DNA of 64,000 nt, from contig MFUM01000001.1 of NCBI GenBank assembly GCA_001786955.1, positions 410-64,409 of the forward strand. Reading direction: 5' to 3'. The number at the start of each line of letters is the position of its first letter. Position 1 is the stretch's first letter. The position numbers and the translations under genes are program-made. Source of the DNA: Candidatus Nomurabacteria bacterium RIFCSPHIGHO2_12_FULL_42_19 (lineage in GTDB: Bacteria; Patescibacteriota; Minisyncoccia; Phycocordibacterales; UBA9973). Shown here in pieces: positions 44,872 to 53,466 of this stretch. Below the pieces are notes generated by a model that was not told where the DNA came from, ran no database searches, and saw nothing but the letters and a program-made list of their open reading frames with translations.

Positions 44872-46512
44872 TTATTTCTTTTGTCTGCCGATGCAAGCTT
44901 TGATGAAGGCGGTAAAAAGCGGATGCGGGGAAAGCGGGCGGGATTTGAATTCGGGATGAAATTGGGTTCCCAGATAAAACGGATGCTTGTTTTTGGGTAG
45001 TTCGGCTATTTCCATCAAAATTCCGCTCGGGGATTTGCCGGAAAATACCAGTCCGGCTTTTTCCAGCCGGTCAACATATTTTGGGTTTACTTCATAACGA
45101 TGACGATGGCGTTCAGAAATTTTAGATTCATGGTATGCGGCCTCGGCAATACTCCCCTTTTTTAAACTTGCCGGACAAGCACCCAATCTCATGGTCGCTC
45201 CATAATTTTTATTCTTAATTTTTTCAATTTGATCCTGCATAGTGGCAATAACAGGATCCGGAGTATTAGAATCAAATTCCGTGGAATTGGCATGATTTAA
45301 ATTCAAAACATGCCTGGCGTAAGCTATGGTCATAATCTGCATTCCCAGGCACAGCCCGAAATAAGGAATTTTATTGCGCCGGGCATAATCGGCAGCCAGT
45401 ATCATACCTTCCGTACCGCGCTTGCCAAACCCTCCCGGAACAATAATGCCATCCAATTCATCCAGCTCGCTTAATAATTTATGGTCATTTTCATATTTTT
45501 CCGAATCAAGCCAAATAATGTCCGGTTTGAAATTTGATGCCCAAGCAGAGTGATTAATAGATTCAATTACCGAGATGTAGGTATCTTTACATGATTTAAA
45601 ATTAAAATACTTGCCGACAATGCCGATGTGAACTTCTTTTTTCATTTTTTTGATTTTAGCGGCAAGTGCTGTCCAGTCAGCCAAATCTTTATGGCGTTGC
45701 GACAAGCCTATGGTTTTAAGCAAAACACCGCCAAAATTCTCTTTTTCAAAATTAACCGGCACATCGTAAATGGAATAAACATCCGGAGCCGATACTATTC
45801 TCTCAACCGGCAGACTGCATACATTGCTGATGGTTCGCTTTATATCCGGTGTGGCGGGATGGTCGGCCCGGCAAATCACAAAATCCGGATTCAGACCTAC
45901 CGAATAAAGGTCAGTAACGGCATGCTGGGTAGGTTTTGATTTTTGCTCGCCCAGCAATGACGGCGTAGGCAGATAACTTATTAAAACAATAAAAACATCC
46001 AAGGGCTTTTTAGATTTCATCATCCTTACTGCTTCAAGAAAAGGCAATAATTGATACTCTCCGACTGTGCCGCCGTATTCTATTATCACAATTTCGGCAT
46101 TGTTCTTTTTTTGGCAAGCCTCTATGCGTCTAATTATTTCTTTGGGTATGTCCGGATAAACCTCGACATCTTCCCCTTCGTATTCCAGATTACGTTCTCG
46201 CTTTATAACCTCGGCATATATTTGACCGGTAGTAATATAATTTTCGCGTGTGCTGACTTGATTGGTAAAACGCTCATAATTACCGAGGTCTTGGTCGGCT
46301 TCTATGCCATCTTCCCCGACAAAAACTTCCCCGTGTTCGGCGGGACGGATAGTGCCAGCATCGAGATTTACGTACATGTCGGCTTTGATGTTGGTAATAG
46401 CATAACCGCGGGATTGTAAAATTTTACCGATGGAAGAGGCGGCTATGCCTTTACCGACGGAAGACATTACGCCTCCCACCACGAAAATATATTTTGTTTC
46501 TTTTTTAGGCAT
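44872..46512 (-). CDS. pyrG: CTP synthase
   Basis: YIFVVGGVMSSVGKGIAASS N-terminus, and a C-terminal GATase with GLCLGMQ. Confidence 0.9.
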   Translation of the reverse strand: MPKKETKYIFVVGGVMSSVGKGIAASSIGKILQSRGYAITNIKADMYVNLDAGTIRPAEHGEVFVGEDGIEADQDLGNYERFTNQVSTRENYITTGQIYAEVIKRERNLEYEGEDVEVYPDIPKEIIRRIEACQKKNNAEIVIIEYGGTVGEYQLLPFLEAVRMMKSKKPLDVFIVLISYLPTPSLLGEQKSKPTQHAVTDLYSVGLNPDFVICRADHPATPDIKRTISNVCSLPVERIVSAPDVYSIYDVPVNFEKENFGGVLLKTIGLSQRHKDLADWTALAAKIKKMKKEVHIGIVGKYFNFKSCKDTYISVIESINHSAWASNFKPDIIWLDSEKYENDHKLLSELDELDGIIVPGGFGKRGTEGMILAADYARRNKIPYFGLCLGMQIMTIAYARHVLNLNHANSTEFDSNTPDPVIATMQDQIEKIKNKNYGATMRLGACPASLKKGSIAEAAYHESKISERHRHRYEVNPKYVDRLEKAGLVFSGKSPSGILMEIAELPKNKHPFYLGTQFHPEFKSRPLSPHPLFTAFIKACIGRQKK

Positions 46513-46518
46513 TTCTGT

Positions 46519-47442
46519 TTATTTATTCAAATATTTCCTTATCGCCAGAAAGCTGGAAATAATCCCTAGGATTATACCTGATAATAAAAGTATTGCAAAA
46601 ATTTGAAAGAAGCTTGAAAGATAATAATCATACATATTAATCCCGAGAAAATCGGTCATATTGCGCCCGAGCCAGGCCGTTGCTGGCCAAAAAATAGCCA
46701 AGGTGATTATCGTTGCGATAATGCCGTAAATCGCGCCTTCAATCAGAAAAGGCCCGCGTACATGCATCTTGGAAGCGCCAACGAGGCGCATCACACCAAT
46801 TTCTTCCTTAGAGATGAAAATAGTCAGCCGAATCGTGTTGAAGGTAATAATCATGGAAATTATTACCAAAATCAGCGTAACCAGAAAACCGAGCTTTTGC
46901 GCGCCAGATATTATGGTGTTCAATCGGTCTATGACTAATTTATTCTGATGATAATTCACTTTATCTATAATGGAAGCCGAACCCAGAACAAGCATATTGT
47001 CCGATTTCATGAAATTCGCAATATTTTCATACTGAGAAACTTCTTTGGCTTTGACATTAAGATATGCGCCGAGCGGGTTATCGCCTATTTCATCCAGAGC
47101 CTGAATCGTCGGATAATCATTGGAGTGGCGGTCGCGGAAAAGCTTCAGGGCTTCGTCCGCACTGGTGTAAGACACTTGCGCCACTTCGGGTAATTTTTCA
47201 AGAGAAGATTTTAAAAGCATAATCTTATCCTCCGGCGCATTAACAGTAAAATAAATCGTCACATCCACTTTGTCTTTGATTTGGTTGAGTGAAAAGTGCA
47301 AAACCGCCTGTAAAAAAATAATAAGAGTAATGACCGAAAGAGTAATCGTAACAACCAGAACCGCCGCCCAGGAAACAATCCCGCTTCTTTTAAAGTTTAG
47401 GAATCCGGCTTTTATAATTCTCTTTAATGCGATTATCGCCAT
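46519..47442 (-). CDS. ftsX: cell-division ABC transporter permease FtsX
   Basis: Topology and position directly downstream of ftsE. Confidence 0.75.
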   Translation of the reverse strand: MAIIALKRIIKAGFLNFKRSGIVSWAAVLVVTITLSVITLIIFLQAVLHFSLNQIKDKVDVTIYFTVNAPEDKIMLLKSSLEKLPEVAQVSYTSADEALKLFRDRHSNDYPTIQALDEIGDNPLGAYLNVKAKEVSQYENIANFMKSDNMLVLGSASIIDKVNYHQNKLVIDRLNTIISGAQKLGFLVTLILVIISMIITFNTIRLTIFISKEEIGVMRLVGASKMHVRGPFLIEGAIYGIIATIITLAIFWPATAWLGRNMTDFLGINMYDYYLSSFFQIFAILLLSGIILGIISSFLAIRKYLNK

Positions 47443-47473
47443 AAATAATTTAGATTATACCATAAAAAACAAC

Positions 47474-48142
47474 CTACTTGCTATGCTTCGTGTCTCTAAT
47501 AATCTTCCCGTTTTCCATCGTAATTACCCTTTTATTGACAGACTCAATGACCCCGCGATTGTGCGTGGTTAAAATGACCGTCGTGCCCAGATCGTTTATT
47601 TTTTTTAAAATCTGGACTATTTCATGCGTGTTGACCGGATCCAGATTTCCCGTCGGCTCATCGGCGATAATCAGCTCGGGCTGGTTAATTATGGCCCGGG
47701 CTATCGCGAGACGCTGCTGCTCCCCGCCGGACATCTGGTTTGGAAAATGAAAAAGCCTGTGACTTAAATCAACCAGCTCCAATACATGCGGGACATCGCT
47801 CTGTATTTCTTCTTCGGTTTTTCCGACGGCTTCCATAGCAAAAGCGATGTTTTCGTATGCGGTTTTATTGGAAAGCAATTTAAAATCCTGAAACACCACG
47901 CCGATACGGCGGCGGAGCTTGGTCAAATCTTTATTTTTTAACTGATGCACGTTGATTGATTCAAAAAAGACCGTGCCGCCAGTTGGAGTTTCGTCCGCCA
48001 GAATCATTTTCGTGAGAGTGGTCTTGCCGGCGCCGGAATGCCCGACAACGGAAACGAATTCCCCGGATTCAACCGTAAAGGTTATATCATCAAGCGCAGT
48101 CGCATCCTTATAAACTTTTGAAACATTGTTGAAATAGATCAC
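47474..48142 (-). CDS. ftsE: cell-division ATP-binding protein FtsE
   Basis: Walker [13 protein letters not shown] signature LSGGEQQR and Walker B IIADEPT. Confidence 0.85.
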   Translation of the reverse strand: MIYFNNVSKVYKDATALDDITFTVESGEFVSVVGHSGAGKTTLTKMILADETPTGGTVFFESINVHQLKNKDLTKLRRRIGVVFQDFKLLSNKTAYENIAFAMEAVGKTEEEIQSDVPHVLELVDLSHRLFHFPNQMSGGEQQRLAIARAIINQPELIIADEPTGNLDPVNTHEIVQILKKINDLGTTVILTTHNRGVIESVNKRVITMENGKIIRDTKHSK

Positions 48143-48154
48143 TTTCTCATCTTA

Positions 48155-49042
48155 TCACAGATTTTTCTCCGCCTCAATGAAAAGATTCAAATCCCCGTCC
48201 AGGACGGAATCAACATTGGAAGTTTCGGCGCCGGTCCGGTGGTCTTTGACCATTTTATAGGGATGCAAAACATATGAACGGATCTGATTTCCCCATTCTA
48301 TTTCGGTATTTTTCGCCAATTTCATGCTTTCTTCCACGCTCTTTTTTTCAGTCTCGGCCCTTTTGAAAATTTTTGCGCGGAGAATTGCCAGAGCCAGCTG
48401 ACGGTTTTGTTCCTGGGAACGTTCGGTGGAAACATGAACGGAAATATTGGTTGGAATATGAACAATCCTGACGGAAGTTTCCCTCTTGTTCACGTTTTGC
48501 CCACCCGGTCCGCTGGAACGGGCAAATTCTATTTTCAAATCTTCCGGCAAAAGCACAATGTCTTTTTCCTCCAGTTTTGAAAATTTTGGCAGAACTTCCA
48601 CCAGAGAAAAAGAAGTGTGGCGCAATTTTTTCGCATTAAAAGGCGAAATCCGCACCAGTCGGTGTACTCCCGTTTCGTTTTTTAAATTTCCGTATGCGTT
48701 TTTGCCCAAAATTTCCATGGCAATGTGGCGGTAGCCGCCGTGGTCATTTTTATGCTCGCTGATAAAAGAAATTTCCCAGCCGTTTTTTTTTGCGTATTTT
48801 TCATACATTTGGAAAAGTATCGCCGAAAAATCTTCCGCATCGTCGCCCCCGGCGCCGGAAATTATCGTAAGAATAGCATTGCCTTTGTCATATTTATGGA
48901 CACCTACCTTCTTGCTTTTTAATTCAGCAAGCTCCCTTAAAATATTTTGCGCTTTATTTTTGTCGCTCCAAAAATCAGCCTCAAGCATTTGAGCTTCCAG
49001 TTTTTCTATTTTCTCCTGAATATTCACTAAATCTTTTTCCAT
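48155..49042 (-). CDS. prfB: peptide chain release factor 2
   Basis: SPF motif (RISPFNAKK) and GGQ motif (SGPGGQNVNK). Reads as a contiguous ORF with no frameshift site visible. Confidence 0.85.
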   Translation of the reverse strand: MEKDLVNIQEKIEKLEAQMLEADFWSDKNKAQNILRELAELKSKKVGVHKYDKGNAILTIISGAGGDDAEDFSAILFQMYEKYAKKNGWEISFISEHKNDHGGYRHIAMEILGKNAYGNLKNETGVHRLVRISPFNAKKLRHTSFSLVEVLPKFSKLEEKDIVLLPEDLKIEFARSSGPGGQNVNKRETSVRIVHIPTNISVHVSTERSQEQNRQLALAILRAKIFKRAETEKKSVEESMKLAKNTEIEWGNQIRSYVLHPYKMVKDHRTGAETSNVDSVLDGDLNLFIEAEKNL

Positions 49043-49043
49043 G

Positions 49044-49116
49044 AGCCGATGGACAGGATTGAACTGTCGACCCCCGCTTTACGAAAGCGGTGCTCTACCA
49101 ACTGAGCTACATCGGC
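49044..49116 (-). tRNA. tRNA-Thr (anticodon CGU)
   Basis: GCCGATGTAGCTCAGTTGGTAGAGCACCGCTTTCGTAAAGCGG...TTCAATC...CATCGGCT forms a canonical cloverleaf. Confidence 0.85.
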
Positions 49117-49190
49117 AAACCTTAGTTTAACTACCAAAACAGCTACATCGGCAAACCTTAGTTTAACTACCAAAACAGCTACATCGGCAA
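49117..49190. repeat. two tandem 37-bp units upstream of tRNA-Thr(CGU), each carrying the first 12 nt of the tRNA plus a D-arm mimic and promoter-like sequence
   Basis: The unit aaaccttagtttaactaccaaaacagctacatcggca occurs twice. In tRNA orientation it reads GCCGATGTAGCT-GTTTTGGTAG-TTAAACTAAGGTTT. Confidence 0.7.
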
Positions 49191-49201
49191 ATATTTTTGG
49201 G

Positions 49202-49304
49202 GACGTAAAGTAGCTTCTGAAATGGCTACGGAGGCCGACGGGCCGAGTCTTGAGCAAAAATTCAACAGAATTTTATGCGTACATTTCAGAAGCTACTTTA
49301 CGTC
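49202..49304. repeat. 103-bp element with 23-bp perfect terminal inverted repeats (MITE-like or long hairpin)
   Basis: gacgtaaagtagcttctgaaatg ... catttcagaagctactttacgtc, with internal small hairpins. Confidence 0.6.
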
Positions 49305-49309
49305 AACCC

Positions 49310-49385
49310 TGGAGCCGTTAATCAGATTTGCACTGATGACCTCGTTCTTACCAAGAACGTGCTCTACTACCTGAGCTATAACGGC
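49310..49385 (-). tRNA. tRNA-Thr (anticodon GGU), CCA encoded
   Basis: GCCGTTATAGCTCAGGTAGTAGAGCACGTTCTTGGTAAGAACG...TAACGGCTCCA. The T-loop reads UGCAAAU, with G at position 55, which is unusual. Confidence 0.75.
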
Positions 49386-49465
49386 AAAATGACTTTTCGA
49401 CCTACTAAAACAGCTATAACGGCAAAATGACTTTTCGACCTACTAAAACAGCTATAACGGCAAAA
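49386..49465. repeat. two tandem roughly 40-bp units upstream of tRNA-Thr(GGU), each containing a tRNA 5'-end copy
   Basis: aaaatgacttttcgacctactaaaacagctataacggc occurs twice. Confidence 0.7.
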
Positions 49466-49469
49466 CTTG

Positions 49470-49543
49470 CGCGACCGACCGGATTTGAACCGGCAACCTC
49501 CCGCGTGACAGGCGGGTGCTCTAACCAGTTGAGCTACGATCGC
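49470..49543 (-). tRNA. tRNA-Asp (anticodon GUC)
   Basis: GCGATCGTAGCTCAACTGGTTAGAGCACCCGCCTGTCACGCGGG...TTCAAAT...CGGTCGCG. Confidence 0.85.
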
Positions 49544-49653
49544 AATTTACCTCTTAAACATTAATTAACACCTTTGATTTTCAAATGTAGGTTTTAGACT
49601 AGCCAAAACAGCTACGATTGCAATTTTAAAGAACTTTTCCTCTTTTGGGAGGG

Positions 49654-49726
49654 TGTCGGCGACAGGGATCGAACCTGTGACCTGAGGCTTATGAGTCCTC
49701 CGCTCTACCGACTGAGCTACGCCGAC
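49654..49726 (-). tRNA. tRNA-Met elongator (anticodon CAU; could be tRNA-Ile2)
   Basis: GTCGGCGTAGCTCAGTCGGTAGAGCGGAGGACTCATAAGCCTC...TTCGATC...CGCCGACA. The 31:39 pair is A·G. Confidence 0.75.
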
Positions 49727-49898
49727 ATTTTATTCATTTTTAACCAACTTGCCGATACCTGCCAAAACAACTACGCCGACATTTTATTCATTTTTAACCA
49801 ACTTGCCGATACCTGCCAAAACAGCTACGTCGATATTTTATTCATTTTTATAACTGATTTGCCGATACCTACCAAAACAACTACGCCGACAAATTATA
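49727..49898. repeat. three tandem roughly 57-bp units upstream of tRNA-Met, each ending in a tRNA 5'-end copy and containing TTGGCA-N17-TAAAAAT
   Basis: attttattcatttttaaccaacttgccgatacctgccaaaacaactacgccgac occurs three times, with the third copy diverged. Confidence 0.7.
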
Positions 49899-49946
49899 AT
49901 ACTATACTCGACAATTAGACATAGTGGCATGTCACTTGCCGAATTG

Positions 49947-50017
49947 TTGCGGGGTCTGGAATCGAACCAGAGTCTCAAGGTTATGAGCCTTGCGAGATGC
50001 CTCTTCTCTACCCCGCT
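49947..50017 (-). tRNA. initiator tRNA-fMet (anticodon CAU)
   Basis: AGCGGGGTAGAGAAGAGGCATCTCGCAAGGCTCATAACCTTG...TTCGATT...CCCCGCAA has a mismatched 1:72 pair and A11:U24, as in initiators. Close to the E. coli fMet sequence. Confidence 0.75.
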
Positions 50018-50096
50018 ACATTAAAAAATGCCCAAAATAAAACTTAAAGGGCACTCTTTCATTTTACCTTAAATCCTCAAAAAAGCAAACAAGGGC

Positions 50097-50732
50097 TTAA
50101 ATATAGCCATACCCGTGAAAAATTTTCTCATATAAAGCAATCACCCGTTTGGCCTCGTGGTGTGAAAGCTCAAAAGACAAGCCCTCGTGGGCTATCCTAT
50201 TCCTGATGGTATGGACTTCCCAGGCGGTAGTGAGAAGCGGAAAATTATCTTGATTGGCTGATTTTAACTTATCACCCAGGTTTTCACCTTTAAATCCAAG
50301 CTGGCCCATCAAATCCTCGAGTATGGAGTCCGCCTCAATAATCGCCAGCTTCCAATCGCTGGAATGCTGGGAGAAGAGATAGGTAAGGGTCTTACTCCAG
50401 CGCTCATTTTTGGACCCTCCGATTTCTTCGCGCAAATGTTTTTCATATTCAGCTTTATTGTGCGCATATTTCTCTATCTCGTGTTGTAAATGTTTTTTTT
50501 CTTTGGCCCGGATTTCAAACAAACGGATAGCTGTATAGCAAATTATTGTCAGAAAAAATATAGCCAAGAAAAAAAGAACAGCTTTTCCAAGGTTAATTCC
50601 CTGCCCACTAAAAGCCAAAGCAAAAAACTTCTTGATATATACGGCGCTTTGGCTGAATAAATAATCCGCATCAAAATACCTGGAACCAAGAAACGAATCG
50701 TCGAGAAGACTGTTTTGACTTGCTGTTTCCAT
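50097..50732 (-). CDS. membrane-anchored hypothetical protein with C-terminal Rx4H (HEPN-like) motif
   Basis: One TM segment, then a coiled region, then NRIAHEG (R-x4-H). Weak. Confidence 0.4.
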   Translation of the reverse strand: METASQNSLLDDSFLGSRYFDADYLFSQSAVYIKKFFALAFSGQGINLGKAVLFFLAIFFLTIICYTAIRLFEIRAKEKKHLQHEIEKYAHNKAEYEKHLREEIGGSKNERWSKTLTYLFSQHSSDWKLAIIEADSILEDLMGQLGFKGENLGDKLKSANQDNFPLLTTAWEVHTIRNRIAHEGLSFELSHHEAKRVIALYEKIFHGYGYI

Positions 50733-50740
50733 ATATAAAA

Positions 50741-52156
50741 TTATACCATATCTCTTATTTCCTCAAATTTCTTGCCGATTTCAAAAACAGCTTCATCAGA
50801 AAAAATAGGTCCATTAAACTGAAATCCAAACGGCAATCCTTTAATGGAAAAACCTGATGGTACAGATATGGCAGGCAAACCTGCAATATTCGCCGGAGTC
50901 GTAAAAATGTCACACAAATACATATCAAGTGGACTTTTCTTGTCTCCAAATTTAAATGCTGGTGTAGGAGCTGTGGGTATAACGACAAAATCAACATCTT
51001 TAAAGACTGAAGCAAATTCTTTTTCAATTACATGTCTCAATTTCCAAGCCTTATTGTAATAGGCATCATAATATCCATGAGAAAGTACATACGCTCCCAA
51101 AATCATGCGTCTTCTAGTTTCTGGACCAAAACCTGCAGATCTGCTTTTTTTAAATGTATCAAACATATCTATTCCATCCTTTCGCAGTCCATATCTCATA
51201 CCATCTAAACGGGCTAAATTTGTAGACACTTCTGCGGGCATAATAATATAATAAACAGGCAAAGAATATTCCAAGGATGGCATCTTGATATCTTTCACTG
51301 CGTAGCCTATCTTTTTAAGCTTTTCCAAACTTTCTTCAAAATTCTTCAATACTTCAGGGTCGACTCCTTCTTTTAGGAAATCACGAGGAACTCCGATAGC
51401 TTTTTTATTTGGAGATACTTTAAAATCAAGAAAATTTACAGAAGTAGAGTCCATTTCGTCTTTTCCTGAAATGCAATCAAAAATTATTTTTGCATCTTTA
51501 GAAGTTTTGGCAATTGGGCCTACTTGATCCAGACTAGAAGCCATAGCGGTGATACCAAAACGCGACACTACGCCGTATGTAGGTTTCATTCCAACAACGC
51601 CACACAACGATGCCGGCTGGCGAATTGAGCTTCCTGTGTCACTACCAAGCGCACCCAGGGCCATATCGGCTGCCACTGCTGCAGCGCTCCCCCCCGAAGA
51701 TCCTCCAGGAACACGAGTAGGATCAATAGGGTTTTTAACTGGTCCGTAAACAGAATTTTCAGTCGAAGATCCCATGGCAAATTCGTCCATATTGGTCCGA
51801 CCTATCAAGACTGCTCCAACCTCCTTTAATTTTTTAATAACAAAAGCATCATAAGAAGCTGTATAATTTTCTAACATTTTAGACGCCGAACTGGTTTTCC
51901 TTCCTGTTATTAGCATATTGTCTTTAATTGCAATCGGTATGCCAGTAAGTTTGGTTCCTTTGCCACTTTTAATTATCTCATCAGCTTTTTTGGCTTGCTC
52001 CAATGCATCGTCAAAAATTTCTAAAAATATATTCAATTCTTTATTTTTTTCTTGAATATTTTTTAAACAAGCAGAAACAAGTTCAACTGATGTAAGTTTC
52101 TTTTTTTGCATCATCTCATGCGCTTTTTCTATTGTCAGATTTTTTAAATCAATCAT
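50741..52156 (-). CDS. gatA: Glu-tRNA(Gln)/Asp-tRNA(Asn) amidotransferase subunit A
   Basis: Amidase signature [32 protein letters not shown]. Confidence 0.9.
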   Translation of the reverse strand: [471 protein letters not shown]

Positions 52157-52159
52157 AAG

Positions 52160-52432
52160 TTACAATATCTTCTTAACTTTCAAATAGCCGTCCTGAGAGT
52201 CCGGAAACTGATTAATTATTAGATTTCGTGAAAATAATGGGTGCTTTAATTCGTCTTCTCTCCACACATTGTGAATAGTATAAACAGTTTCTGTGTCTAG
52301 CGCATTAACTGACTCTATCACTTTTACATAATCCAAAATCTCCTTAACGTCACTAAGAAGTTTGTTTTTTTCTTCTTCCGTTAAGTCTAATTTAGCCAGT
52401 TCTGCCAAATTTTCTACATCCTTTATGTCCAT
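52160..52432 (-). CDS. gatC: amidotransferase subunit C
   Basis: 90 aa. LAKLDLTEEEKNKLLSDVKEILDYV matches the GatC pattern. Sits directly upstream of gatA. Confidence 0.75.
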   Translation of the reverse strand: MDIKDVENLAELAKLDLTEEEKNKLLSDVKEILDYVKVIESVNALDTETVYTIHNVWREDELKHPLFSRNLIINQFPDSQDGYLKVKKIL

Positions 52433-52535
52433 CCCGTTAGAAGTTAAAATAATAATACACGAATCCTGTTAGCTTGACGGAAACCTTGGGTTTCCTACTT
52501 CTAACGGGATCCATATTTAAGAGTATAACCCAATA

Positions 52536-53459
52536 TTACCCGCCAATCAAAGCCTTAATTCTTTCTTCCACCGGCGGATGAGTTGCAAAAAATCCGGAGA
52601 TTTTTCCCGCCTTTGGCGGGACCTCGCCAACGGCGATGGTTTGCCTCAATCTCACACCTTTGGGGTCGGCAATATAAAGATGCGCGATGGCGCCGGATTG
52701 GCGGACCATCGGTTTCTGACATTTAGAAATTTTGGCAAGCGCGCCGGCAAGTCCTTCCGGATAACGGGTCAAAAGCGCCCCGGAGACATCCGCCAAAAAC
52801 TCGCGTTTTCTGGAAATAGCCAATTGAATCAATATTGCTATAATCGGCGCCAAAATTGAAAGAATTATTCCAACCAGCATCATTATTCCTTGCATTTTAT
52901 TGTCGTTATCCCTGCTTCTGCTGAAAAATAAATTACGCCTAAAAATATCCGCGAGAATAGAAATAAACCCGACAAGCACAACCACTACCGTAGACAAAAG
53001 CATGTCTCTGTTTCCTATATGGGACAATTCATGGGCAATCACGCCTTCAAGCTCTGTTTTATCCAGAATACCAAGCAAGCCGGTCGTCACAGCTACTACC
53101 GCGTGTTCTTTGTCTCGCCCGGTCGCAAAAGCGTTCGGAGCCGAATCATTGATTATATAAATTCTCGGCATCGGCAAGCCTGCGGTGATAGAAAGATTTT
53201 CCACGCTTGTATATAAATTAAAATTTTCTTCTCTGTTTGCGGGTTTTGCTCCAGCTAAAGAAAGCACGATTTTATCCGAAAACCAATAGGAAAAAATATT
53301 CATCAGAATACTAAAGATGACAAAAAAATAGAGTATGTTCGGATTGCCGTAATAAAAACTAAAAAACCAGCCAAAACCGATAACCACAATAAAAAAGATT
53401 GACATAAGCAGCCAAGTCTTTGTGACATTTTTTGATTGCTCGGTATAAAGTGTCGCCAT
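52536..53459 (-). CDS. htpX: HtpX-family M48 zinc metalloprotease
   Basis: HELSHIGNRD HExxH motif and 4 TM helices. Confidence 0.8.
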   Translation of the reverse strand: MATLYTEQSKNVTKTWLLMSIFFIVVIGFGWFFSFYYGNPNILYFFVIFSILMNIFSYWFSDKIVLSLAGAKPANREENFNLYTSVENLSITAGLPMPRIYIINDSAPNAFATGRDKEHAVVAVTTGLLGILDKTELEGVIAHELSHIGNRDMLLSTVVVVLVGFISILADIFRRNLFFSRSRDNDNKMQGIMMLVGIILSILAPIIAILIQLAISRKREFLADVSGALLTRYPEGLAGALAKISKCQKPMVRQSGAIAHLYIADPKGVRLRQTIAVGEVPPKAGKISGFFATHPPVEERIKALIGG

Positions 53460-53466
53460 TAATTTC

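Noticed and set aside
48155-49042. Programmed +1 frameshift site expected in prfB
   Set aside because: The RF2 reading frame is continuous from the start codon, with no CUU UGA-type shift site. The gene appears to be an unshifted form.
49027-49918. ORFs 49027..49257 (-) and 49691..49918 (+) in the six-frame track, and a possible CRISPR array suggested by the regular direct repeats
   Set aside because: The ORFs lie entirely over tRNA genes and their repeat arrays. The repeats contain tRNA 5' fragments and promoter-like sequence. They have no unique spacers and no cas genes, so they are not CRISPR.
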